Of a DNA stretch of 64,000 nt, positions 56,026-64,000 are shown in pieces (within the stretch, counting starts at the first letter, position 1; each line of letters opens with the position of its first letter). Origin of the DNA: a virus; IMG/VR virus record IMGVR_UViG_3300044714_000074, positions 9,016 through 73,015 of that record; one strand, 5' to 3'. Position numbers and translations under genes: made by a program. Below the pieces are notes generated by a model. The model ran no database searches. It saw only the letters and a list, made by a program, of their open reading frames with translations, and had not been told where the DNA came from.

Positions 56026-56411
56026 CACGCTTTCCCTTCCGCTCGGCGCTCGGCTTGCCGCCGCCACCAAGTCCGCTCCGAAATGCCTTCAGCAACCCAC
56101 GGCTTGCGATGGGTGATCGTTTCCGATTCGGTGCCGATGCGCGGTCGACCGATCTTCGCTTTTTTAGGCTCGCGCGGGCCGGGCGCTACTCCGGCTGCCG
56201 GTTGACGAGTATCCGGCGACACGACTCCGGCTTTCGCCTTTGCGTCACCCCGGTCCAGGCTTCGCGCTTGACCTTTCGGTTCAATGGCTACTTTCAAGCC
56301 GGGTGCTTCTGCGGGTCTGCTTTCCTCGCCGCCGCGCGATTTCGTGATGCACCGATGGCGCTGGCCAACCATGGCGTAAAGGGCACCGCAATCGGGGCAT
56401 CGATCTGTCAT
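56025..56411 (-). CDS. hypothetical protein with zinc finger and C-terminal HTH-like motif
   Basis: CPDC...HRC; KPWVAEGISERTWWRR. Confidence 0.55.
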   Translation of the reverse strand: MTDRCPDCGALYAMVGQRHRCITKSRGGEESRPAEAPGLKVAIEPKGQARSLDRGDAKAKAGVVSPDTRQPAAGVAPGPREPKKAKIGRPRIGTESETITHRKPWVAEGISERTWWRRQAERRAEGKA

Positions 56412-56443
56412 GGCAGAATTATTGGCAGAGATATGGCAGAACG

Positions 56444-57022
56444 TCAAGCCGCCGCCTCTGAATCCGGCTTCGGATCGGGGACAGGTGATTCGGCCGCCGG
56501 TTCCGCGGCGGATTGATCCTCAACCACCAGGCCGCCATCCTGCGCATCCGGCAATCCGCCGGTCACCTCGATCTCGTTCACCATGTTCTGCTGGATCATC
56601 ACCGCCGCCAGCTTCGGACTTTCGTACGCCGCCGCCCCGAGCGCGGTCTCCGTCGCCAGCTTGGCGTAGACCAGGAACTTCTGCTCGTTGAAGTTCGGGT
56701 TCGCGTTGACGACCTTCCCCGCAGCATCGCGCGTCCACGTCGGGTAGGGCTGGTAGAATGCTGCGAGCCCAGCGAACAGTCCCGCGAAGTCGAACGCGAT
56801 CTCCTTCATCAGCTTCTTGCCCTGAAGTTGCGCGACGTCGACTGCGTTCGCACCTTCCTTCGCCATCTTCTCCAGCAGCGCGAGCCGCTCCTGCTCCAGC
56901 TTGATCTTCGCCTCGCGCTCGACCGTCGCGAGGTTCTTCGTCCCCTTGGCGCGGCCGGCGGGGCGCGTTCCCTTGGGCGGGCCGGGCTTCTTCCGGGGTT
57001 TGGGCGGGGCGTGCTCGGTCAT
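56444..57022 (-). CDS. terS: probable terminase small subunit
   Basis: GRAKGTKN N-terminal motif; AAAYESPKL; upstream of terL. Confidence 0.65.
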   Translation of the reverse strand: MTEHAPPKPRKKPGPPKGTRPAGRAKGTKNLATVEREAKIKLEQERLALLEKMAKEGANAVDVAQLQGKKLMKEIAFDFAGLFAGLAAFYQPYPTWTRDAAGKVVNANPNFNEQKFLVYAKLATETALGAAAYESPKLAAVMIQQNMVNEIEVTGGLPDAQDGGLVVEDQSAAEPAAESPVPDPKPDSEAAA

Positions 57023-57775
57023 TCCGGGCAAAGTAGGATAGTTAGGAGATCGCGGCTAGAGACCGACGGCGCGGTCGATGGCGGCGCGGGTGCATCGGCA
57101 GGAGACGCGGAGGTAGCGACGGAGCGCCGGTCCTATGGTTCCGTCTTGGGCGCGGTCGAGCGCTCTCCGGGCTCGCCGCTTGACGGCTTTCATCGCGGCG
57201 GGGACGGCGCGCCAGTGCGGGCCGCATATCCACAGGTTGTCGGGCCACGCGACGACGGGATCATCGGTCTTCGTGGTCCGCCGGCAGAACGGGACGCAGC
57301 ACGGCATCCTGGTCACGCGGCGACCTTCCCCGAACACTCCGGGCAGAAGAAGCGGCGTCCGCCGCTCGCGCTGGTATCCTTCCAGCCGGCGCGCATCGCC
57401 AGCGCGTACTGACCCATGAAGCCGTCGGGATGCTCGAAGGACGAGGAGAGCGGGAACAAGCCGTGGTCTCCGTCGCAGGTGAGCGTCAGGCGCGTCGCCC
57501 GGGGAACGGGCGCGCTTTCATCCAAGAGGTCGATCGCGAAGCTCACTGATAGCCCTGGTGAAGCGCGAGCGCGGAGGCCCGCTCCGGCAAGGTCATCGAC
57601 TGCAGCGATCCAAATCGTCCATGGCGTCCCCGAGCGCAATTCGAGCAGAGGAATTAGCTAAGTGCTCGAAATTCTCTGCCTCAAGGAGTAGGGCCTTGGC
57701 GCGTCTACGAAGATTTGTCGCCTGCATTCGCAGATATTCAGCCCGGAACATCCAATCTCTTTGCGTCGTCATTTG

Positions 57776-58042
57776 TCACTTGCTCCCCACAACCAAAGAT
57801 GTTTCGCCGCGAAGGTACGCGCCGATCTCCAAATGAAGAACGTCGCGCTCGAAGCGGTCGGCGTTCCGCTTCAGCATCCTGGCGCCGCGCTCGCGCTCCG
57901 CCGGATCGTCCGACGCCATCAGTCCGAGGTTCGCCGCGAACGTGCGCTGCCAGGCGCCGAGAGCCTCGTTGCCCTCCGCCTCGACCTTGCGCGCGCCGGC
58001 TAGAAGTTCGCGGCGTTCTTCCAAGCATCCATCGCGAGTCAT
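57776..58042 (-). CDS. hypothetical protein
   Basis: First ORF after the divergent intergenic gap. Confidence 0.5.
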   Translation of the reverse strand: MTRDGCLEERRELLAGARKVEAEGNEALGAWQRTFAANLGLMASDDPAERERGARMLKRNADRFERDVLHLEIGAYLRGETSLVVGSK

Positions 58043-58145
58043 GATTCGGAGATTAGAGAAAAAAATCTCAAATGGCTAGTGGACGCCGGGCGACGTCAAA
58101 CGCTAGGCTGCCTCCTCGTTCGCGTAACCGAGGGGAGAAGCCGCG

Positions 58146-58505
58146 ATGATCTCGACGAGCATGAGGGACGTTCTGATCGACCACATGGACGGGAAGGGCG
58201 TCGAGCCGATCCGCGTCGACACGAGCGGGGACGGGCTGAGAACGAGAGAACTCCTCAATAGGTCCGCCTCGACGAACGCGCTCCTCGCTCGCGGGCTTAT
58301 TTCCTTCGACGAGCGGACCAGGTCGAAGACGACCTACATCACCGATGCCGGACGGAAAGTCCTCGCCAAGGCGCTCGGCGACTGGGCCGACGCCTGCGTC
58401 CGCGCCGGGTACGATCCGCTTCATCTGTCGGGCCCGCCGAAGCCACGTTCGGAGCAGGCGTTTGATCGCAATACCGATGATGACGGCCCGACGGCCATCG
58501 CTTAA
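58146..58505 (+). CDS. winged-helix-like protein, divergently transcribed
   Basis: GGGGAG RBS; ALLARGLI...YITDAGRKVL wing motif. Confidence 0.6.
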   Translation: MISTSMRDVLIDHMDGKGVEPIRVDTSGDGLRTRELLNRSASTNALLARGLISFDERTRSKTTYITDAGRKVLAKALGDWADACVRAGYDPLHLSGPPKPRSEQAFDRNTDDDGPTAIA

Positions 58506-58804
58506 ACGGCCCCGTCCTGCCCATTAGGCGGTCCGTGGTGCGTCGTCTTGTCCGAAGGCCCCGACATAGCCACCGGATCGGATGGCGCAACGGCTGCGGC
58601 CCGGCGCGGTCTAGCGCCCGGCATTAAACTCTCCGGATCGTCGCTCCAGCGGACGGCGGTGAGCGCCATCGGCTCCTTCAGGCCGGGGCCGGTGACCTCG
58701 ACATCGACGAAGCCGAACTTGTCGGCCCAGACGCCGGTGACGACGGCGTCCCAGACGTCGCCGGCGAAGGACCGATAGGCCACCGGATCACCCTTGATCG
58801 GCAT
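58502..58804 (-). CDS. hypothetical protein
   Basis: GAGGG RBS; GC3-rich. Confidence 0.55.
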   Translation of the reverse strand: MPIKGDPVAYRSFAGDVWDAVVTGVWADKFGFVDVEVTGPGLKEPMALTAVRWSDDPESLMPGARPRRAAAVAPSDPVAMSGPSDKTTHHGPPNGQDGAV

Positions 58805-59060
58805 CGTTCCCTCGCTTCTGCATCGCGGCCGTGTTCAGGGCGGCCCGCCGCAGCTCTTCCTCCAGCTTGCGCTTGCCGGGCTCGCGATAGAATCCAGCGT
58901 CGGCTTGCGTGTCGACTTTCTTGACCTCCTTGGCGGGCGGAAAACTCGACATAGCCTCGCCTGCCTTGTCGCGCGGAATCTCGTTCAGCTGCGCGAAGAC
59001 GGAGACCAGCGCGGGCACGATCGAGCCCTCGGTGAGGTCGGCGACGTTGCTCTCAGTCAT
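58788..59060 (-). CDS. hypothetical protein
   Basis: GGAGG RBS before ATG 59060. Confidence 0.55.
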   Translation of the reverse strand: MTESNVADLTEGSIVPALVSVFAQLNEIPRDKAGEAMSSFPPAKEVKKVDTQADAGFYREPGKRKLEEELRRAALNTAAMQKRGNDADQG

Positions 59061-59664
59061 AAAGACCTCCGTAGCCGAGCCGGCGGATCGTCGCGGAGTT
59101 CTTCCGCTTGTCCTCCAGCATCTTCGTCTCGATCGCGCCGAAGTCGATCGCGTGCATGGCTTCCTCGACCGGCGCGAGGCTTTCAAGGAAGAGCGTCGCT
59201 TCCGAGGTCAGCAAGCCCATCGCTACGACTTGGGTGCGGAGATCGAGAGATTGCTTCTCGATCTTCACGATCGCCGCCTTCATCATCGCGTCGATCTCGG
59301 CCTTCGCGACGCGCCGAAGTTCGGCGCGGCGGCTCGCCGCCTTCATCTGGCCTCGGCCTTCCCAACCGAGCGCGAGCTGCGGCGAGAGGTCCTTCGGGAT
59401 GCCGAGCTTGCGGCACTGGTCCTCGATCTTTTCCTGCGCCTTTTTGACGACCTCCATCGCCTCCTCGGTCGCGCGCTTCCAGACCTCGTCATCGTCGTAG
59501 GAGTAAATCTTCGAGACCTTGCCCTCGAAGTCGGCGAGGCACTTCGCGGCCTGCTCCTCGGCGTGCGCGCGGAGGACTTTCGTCCGCTCCTTGATTATCA
59601 TGCTGAGATCGTGCGTCTCGTTGCGCGACAGCTTTCGCGGCGGCGCAGCGCTCAGATCGCTCAC
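59053..59664 (-). CDS. conserved helical phage protein
   Basis: GAGGAGG RBS before GTG 59664. Confidence 0.65.
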   Translation of the reverse strand: MSDLSAAPPRKLSRNETHDLSMIIKERTKVLRAHAEEQAAKCLADFEGKVSKIYSYDDDEVWKRATEEAMEVVKKAQEKIEDQCRKLGIPKDLSPQLALGWEGRGQMKAASRRAELRRVAKAEIDAMMKAAIVKIEKQSLDLRTQVVAMGLLTSEATLFLESLAPVEEAMHAIDFGAIETKMLEDKRKNSATIRRLGYGGLYD

Positions 59665-60341
59665 GTCGCGGCCTCCTCTCGTTCTTGCAATCTCGCCTGC
59701 GCGGCAGCGATCCTGCCGAGCGACGCCCTGATCTCCGCCTCGCTCGGCGACTTCCAGGATCGCGGGACCCGCTTCGAGAACGTCTCCCACACGCCGAGCG
59801 AGATCCATAGTCCGGCTTTCCCATCGCGGCTTCCGATCTGCCAATCCTGCGCCTCGGCGAGCGGACCTCGGGCCCACTCCATGACGGCCGCGTACTGAGG
59901 GAGGTCTTCGCCGACGAACAGGTTGGCGCGGCATCCAGGATCGTTCCGCGGCGGCACGTAGGCCCAGTTGGAGATCGGCTTCGGCTGGCGCGCGGCCGCG
60001 GCGAGACGGTGCTGCTCGACGGCTTCCTCCTCTAGCGCGTCGGCGACCTCCTTGATGTTCGGCGGAAACTGGTATCGACGCTGGATGCTTCGCGAGTAGG
60101 TCGGCTCCGTGGCCGCGAGGATGACGCGCTCCGGATAGCGCTCCATGATCACGCCGACCTGCGCGACGAAACCGTCAGGGTCCGCGTAGTCGTCCCGGCG
60201 GTAGCTCGAGAGCAAAACCTTTATCTGCCTGGTGATCATCACCGGCTTCGAGACGCCTTTGTAATCGCTCCACTGCCCCGATTGCCGAGTTGCCGGATCG
60301 TTGCTCATGACGTCCTCCTCCGCTCCGTTGTGAGAACTCAA
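59661..60341 (-). CDS. replication-associated protein (helicase-loader/inhibitor-like); start uncertain
   Basis: Follows the initiator; YP..VI...FPPNIKEV motif. Confidence 0.5.
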   Translation of the reverse strand: MSSHNGAEEDVMSNDPATRQSGQWSDYKGVSKPVMITRQIKVLLSSYRRDDYADPDGFVAQVGVIMERYPERVILAATEPTYSRSIQRRYQFPPNIKEVADALEEEAVEQHRLAAAARQPKPISNWAYVPPRNDPGCRANLFVGEDLPQYAAVMEWARGPLAEAQDWQIGSRDGKAGLWISLGVWETFSKRVPRSWKSPSEAEIRASLGRIAAAQARLQEREEAAT

Positions 60342-61008
60342 CTTCGTTGTCGCACCAAGTCCGCCACGTCGCGGCGAGGTCAGCGATCATCGTGCCCCGG
60401 CTCCGGTGATGGTTGACGAACTTCGCGGCCATCTGGCCGATCTTCGGAAGGTCGAACCCCTTGCGGATCGCGTAGTCGCGGTCCTTGTTCGTCGGCGACC
60501 AGTCCTCGGGGATCAGCGAGCGCGGCGCGCGCCTCTTCGCGCGCGGCTCTACCTCTTTCTTCCTTCCTCTTTCTTTATCTACCTCTAAGTCTAAGTATGC
60601 ATCGCCGCGCATTGCGGTCGCATTGGGTTGCGCATGGCCGTTTGATTGATTTCCTTCGGTTTTTTGCCATCGCCGATTTGCGGCCTCCCGACCGGACTGA
60701 CTCAGCCCTTCCCGACGGAGCCTGATTCCTGCGATGACCTTCGCGGCGTACGGGTTGACGATTCCGGCGGGGTCGCGCACCAGTTTTCCGGCCCTGAAGA
60801 GAACGTCGAGCGCTTCGCTGACGACGCGCTTGTTGTAGCCGGTGCGCCGCGCCAAGGCGTCGAGCGTGTCCGGGCAGGCGCCGCCTTCCTCGTAGCATCG
60901 AAGACAGACGATCCAGTAGGTGTAGCCGACGTGAGGCTTCATCGCGGAGAGCGCGGCGAGCAGCTTCGATTGCTCGCAAGGAAACCAAGGCAGGCGCTCG
61001 TCGGCCAA
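60175..61008 (-). CDS. phage replication initiator (DUF1376/YdaU-like N-terminus, DnaT-like C-terminus)
   Basis: LPWFP...G.Y..LAR; GREAANRRW; IPEDWSP...KFVNHH...ATWRTW; TTG start after AGGGGG. Confidence 0.7.
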   Translation of the reverse strand: MADERLPWFPCEQSKLLAALSAMKPHVGYTYWIVCLRCYEEGGACPDTLDALARRTGYNKRVVSEALDVLFRAGKLVRDPAGIVNPYAAKVIAGIRLRREGLSQSGREAANRRWQKTEGNQSNGHAQPNATAMRGDAYLDLEVDKERGRKKEVEPRAKRRAPRSLIPEDWSPTNKDRDYAIRKGFDLPKIGQMAAKFVNHHRSRGTMIADLAATWRTWCDNEVEFSQRSGGGRHEQRSGNSAIGAVERLQRRLEAGDDHQADKGFALELPPGRLRGP

Positions 61009-61120
61009 TGAATTGCCCCCCTTTAGGGCGAAAAGAATTTGTGGCCGGTAATCCCGAAAGGGGCGAGAAACGGTAGCGAGCCGCTGTCCCGGCGCAATGC
61101 GATCATATCTGATTCGCCGC

Positions 61121-61378
61121 TCACGGCGCGAGTTCCTTTCCCTCGACGTCGAGGTAGCGAATCGAGCCGCCATCAGGCGGTGCACACGTCGGGCACCGCT
61201 CCCACTCGACCTTCACCGTCCCGTCGGGCCACGCTTCAAACGCCGCGACGGAACGTCCCTTTCCGCAGGCCGCGCACGACATCGTCACCATGATCGGCGC
61301 GTCGTCGGTCTTCCGCCTGAAGCCGATCGCGCGGTCGATGGCGCGCTCGAAGGGCGTAAGAGGGCGGCGCGTCCTCAT
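61121..61378 (-). CDS. small Cys-containing hypothetical protein
   Basis: CAAC...CPTC; ATGA overlap. Confidence 0.5.
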   Translation of the reverse strand: MRTRRPLTPFERAIDRAIGFRRKTDDAPIMVTMSCAACGKGRSVAAFEAWPDGTVKVEWERCPTCAPPDGGSIRYLDVEGKELAP

Positions 61379-62712
61379 TCGCTACCGCCGAAAAGAGGGC
61401 CGGGGTCGGCGAGTTTTTCGAGCTGGCGGACCATGTGCCTAGCGCCCTCGTCCTTGCCCATAAAGGCGGCTTCGATCCTGGCGCGGGCCAGCCGGCAGTA
61501 TTCCGAGTTGAGTTCGATCAGGGTGCAAGAACGGCCCAAGGTGGCCGCAGCCAAGGCCGTGGTGCCCGCTCCGCCGAAGGGGTCTAGGACAAGGCCGCCG
61601 GCTGGCGAGCCGGCCTTGATGCAGCGCTCGGCCAGCGCAGAGGGAAATACAGCGAAGTGAGCTTCGGAGAACGGTTCGGTGCCGATGGTCCAGACGTTGC
61701 GAGAGTTGCGGGTCGGATATTCACGATTGTGCTTTGCTTCATAGGCGCTGAGATTGTGTGGCCGACTGTTTGGAGGAATCGCGCCATTCGCGTGATCTTT
61801 GGCCCGGTGCACAACAGCTTTCATATTGCCGTTCGTCTTCGCCCCGCCATTGGCCCGCTCGCTACCGACTTGATCGGCCCATGTTGCCTGCGAAACGCGA
61901 TCAATGGTCGATCCGGTCACTGGCTCGGCGATGGCTTCGGCATCGTAGAAATAATTGGCCTGCTTGGTCAGCAGCCAGATTTTCTCGTGCGATGTTCCGG
62001 GCCGGTCCTTGATGCTCTCCGGCATTGGATTCGGCTTGTGCCAGATGATCTCGCTGCGGACCCACCAGCCGTCGTCCTGTAGCGCGATGGCGAGCCGATT
62101 CGGAACCATGCAGAGATCCTTCGGCTTGAGATAGCCAGCGTGCATGACGCGGTAATCAGCAACGGCCTCATCCGAGCCGCCAAGATTGTGACCTCCGCGC
62201 TCGGATCGCCTGTTCCATTTGACCAACTTGCCGCCTACAACGCGGCCCTTGGGAGTTGCCGAAGAGTCAGAATTTCCTTTATTTTTGCCACGGTATCCGC
62301 CGCCTTTGGCTCCGCCATTCGGATCATAAATTGCGCCGACAGTAGAAAACGGCTTATCCCGGAAGGTGCGATCATCGTTGCCAGCAGCCTTTGTATCCGC
62401 CGCGCTACGCCCATTCGGGGAGGCCGCGTAGCAATCCCCGTAATTCACCCAAAGCGTCCCGCTCGGCTTCAGGACGCGGCGCACTTCGGCGAATACATCG
62501 ACCATGACGGCAAGATGCTCGCCAAGGCTGCGCTCGAGACCGAGTTGTCCTTCGACGCCGTAATCGCGGAGGCCCCAATAGGGAGGCGACGTCACGACGC
62601 AATCGAAATAATCGGCCGGCAGATGCTTAAGGACTTGGCGGACGTCGCCGCACCATTGAGTGACCTTGCCATCCAGGAAGACATCAGGCGCGCCGAGACG
62701 AACGTCCCTCAT
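61375..62712 (-). CDS. N4-cytosine/N6-adenine DNA methyltransferase (beta class)
   Basis: VTSPPYW, IIWHKPNPMPES, HFAVFP, LDPFGGAGTT. Confidence 0.9.
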   Translation of the reverse strand: MRDVRLGAPDVFLDGKVTQWCGDVRQVLKHLPADYFDCVVTSPPYWGLRDYGVEGQLGLERSLGEHLAVMVDVFAEVRRVLKPSGTLWVNYGDCYAASPNGRSAADTKAAGNDDRTFRDKPFSTVGAIYDPNGGAKGGGYRGKNKGNSDSSATPKGRVVGGKLVKWNRRSERGGHNLGGSDEAVADYRVMHAGYLKPKDLCMVPNRLAIALQDDGWWVRSEIIWHKPNPMPESIKDRPGTSHEKIWLLTKQANYFYDAEAIAEPVTGSTIDRVSQATWADQVGSERANGGAKTNGNMKAVVHRAKDHANGAIPPNSRPHNLSAYEAKHNREYPTRNSRNVWTIGTEPFSEAHFAVFPSALAERCIKAGSPAGGLVLDPFGGAGTTALAAATLGRSCTLIELNSEYCRLARARIEAAFMGKDEGARHMVRQLEKLADPGPLFGGSE

Positions 62713-62805
62713 TCCGAATCCTCGAATCAGAAGACAGGGAGGACCGTTATAGCGAGTCGGCGGACGTTGCCAGCCGGTGCCTGAGTCCGGCTCCCGCTAT
62801 CCCCG

Positions 62806-64000
62806 CTATTCCGGGCCGGGATCGGCGAGCATGTTGCCGATCTTGGGAATCATCTTGATCTCCAGGCGCGCTCGACCGAGGACCGGGTTGACGTCGCGGA
62901 TCAGGTTGCGGAGCCGGTCCGCGCCCGCTTCGGCGCCGACGCCGTAGACCTTCGCGACGCTCCGCGACGTGTCGATCACGGCCGGCATGACGCGGGCGAG
63001 CTGAGCGACGAGCGCCTTCTCATCCTCGCCGACGATCCTCGCGGTTTTGCCGCGGTTGGTGATCGTCCCGGCGTCGAGGTCGAGGACGACGCCGTTGCGT
63101 ACGACGACGTTCGCGCTGGGCGCCGGCGGCTGCGGCGGCTCGCTCGATGGCGCGGCGCGCGGCGCGGGTTGACGAATCGCTTCCTTCTTCGGCTCCGGTT
63201 GCGCAGCGGCTTTCGGCTTCGTCAAGCTGGCGGCAAACCGAGTCGAATCGCTTTTTGTGCTCTGAGACTTCGTGCTCGAGGCCGGGAGCCTGATTCGCAT
63301 CACCTTGCACCAGGCTGCCGCCACGGCTCGGCCGAGTGGTTCCCCGGTCGTCGCCGCCGTTGTCGCTCCGATCGCCGCCCACTCTTCCGTCGACTTCGAC
63401 GAGATGACCTCGGGAAGATGCGCATCAATCTTCTCGTTGAGCGACGACGTGTCGAGATCGGCGATGACTCGCAGGATCATCGCCGTCGCGGCGACCTCGT
63501 CGGCCTTGATCGGTCCGCGCTTCGCCCTGACCAGCACCTTCATGACCCGCATCAAGAACTCCTCGCCATAGTTCTTGGCGACCGCCTTCATCGTGCCGAT
63601 GGCGATGGTCGCACCGATCGGCTGCTTGTTCCGAAGGTTCACCGACGACGGCAGGATGGTGGCGCCAGCGGCGTTGCAGGCTCGCGCGACGATCACCGCA
63701 AGTTCGTCGCCGGCGGCGAGCTCGGCGTGAAAGATCGCCGGCGGCGTCAGGCCGAGCCAGTCGCGGTTGTGGCCAACGAAGGCGGCGGAGCGCGCGCGGA
63801 TGTCGGCGGCGTCGACGACCATCACCGGAATCTTCTCTATCCCCGGATGGGACGCCGCCGCGATGGCCGTGTGCTGACCGTCGATGACGACCAGCACATT
63901 GCCAGATTCCGAAAGCCGCACGCACACCGGCGGTTTGAAGCGAGCCCAGTTGAAGCCGGAGTAAATCTTGCGGATAAGCCTCGTGGCGGTGGGGGGGACG
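62806..64000 (-). CDS. ParB/Srx-like N-terminal domain protein with a C-terminal wHTH-like region; 5' end outside the window
   Basis: FNWARFKPP...VIDGQHTAIAA...IPVMV; frame is open to the window end. Confidence 0.7.
   Translation of the reverse strand, partial: VPPTATRLIRKIYSGFNWARFKPPVCVRLSESGNVLVVIDGQHTAIAAASHPGIEKIPVMVVDAADIRARSAAFVGHNRDWLGLTPPAIFHAELAAGDELAVIVARACNAAGATILPSSVNLRNKQPIGATIAIGTMKAVAKNYGEEFLMRVMKVLVRAKRGPIKADEVAATAMILRVIADLDTSSLNEKIDAHLPEVISSKSTEEWAAIGATTAATTGEPLGRAVAAAWCKVMRIRLPASSTKSQSTKSDSTRFAASLTKPKAAAQPEPKKEAIRQPAPRAAPSSEPPQPPAPSANVVVRNGVVLDLDAGTITNRGKTARIVGEDEKALVAQLARVMPAVIDTSRSVAKVYGVGAEAGADRLRNLIRDVNPVLGRARLEIKMIPKIGNMLADPGPE

Noticed and set aside
1-64000. tRNA genes, integrase, att sites, host flanks
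   Set aside because: None recognised by eye; lifestyle and genome ends cannot be determined from this window

Overview
The whole window is bacteriophage or prophage DNA: GC-rich and densely coding, with no host housekeeping genes, rRNA, tRNA, CRISPR array or integrase that I could recognise. The host is probably an alphaproteobacterium of the Rhizobiales, judging from an Omp25/RopB-type 'ADMPTKAP' outer-membrane protein and a CTTG-N17-CTATAT promoter. A short + strand block of early/accessory genes (1-4573) converges on a long - strand run. Read right to left, that run holds a ParB-like protein, a DNA methylase, a replication initiator, terS/terL, the portal, head morphogenesis protein, a NUDIX-fused prohead protease/scaffold, capsid, neck, a contractile tail (sheath, tube, chaperone, SLT-bearing tape measure), baseplate, fibres and an elaborate lysis region. 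This matches the DUF1073/DUF2213/DUF3383-type myovirus layout. The most unusual feature is that five fibre-, adhesin- or depolymerase-like proteins embedded in the virion operon carry export signals (four Sec-type, one Tat-type). The four Sec-type proteins have even numbers of cysteines in their mature parts (8, 10, 8, 4), which suggests periplasmic, disulfide-bonded virion appendages. The same operon contains two glycan-modification cassettes: three paralogous GT-A-like proteins, two SAM methyltransferases and an RmlD-like reductase. All family calls come from motifs recognised by eye; no database search was run.
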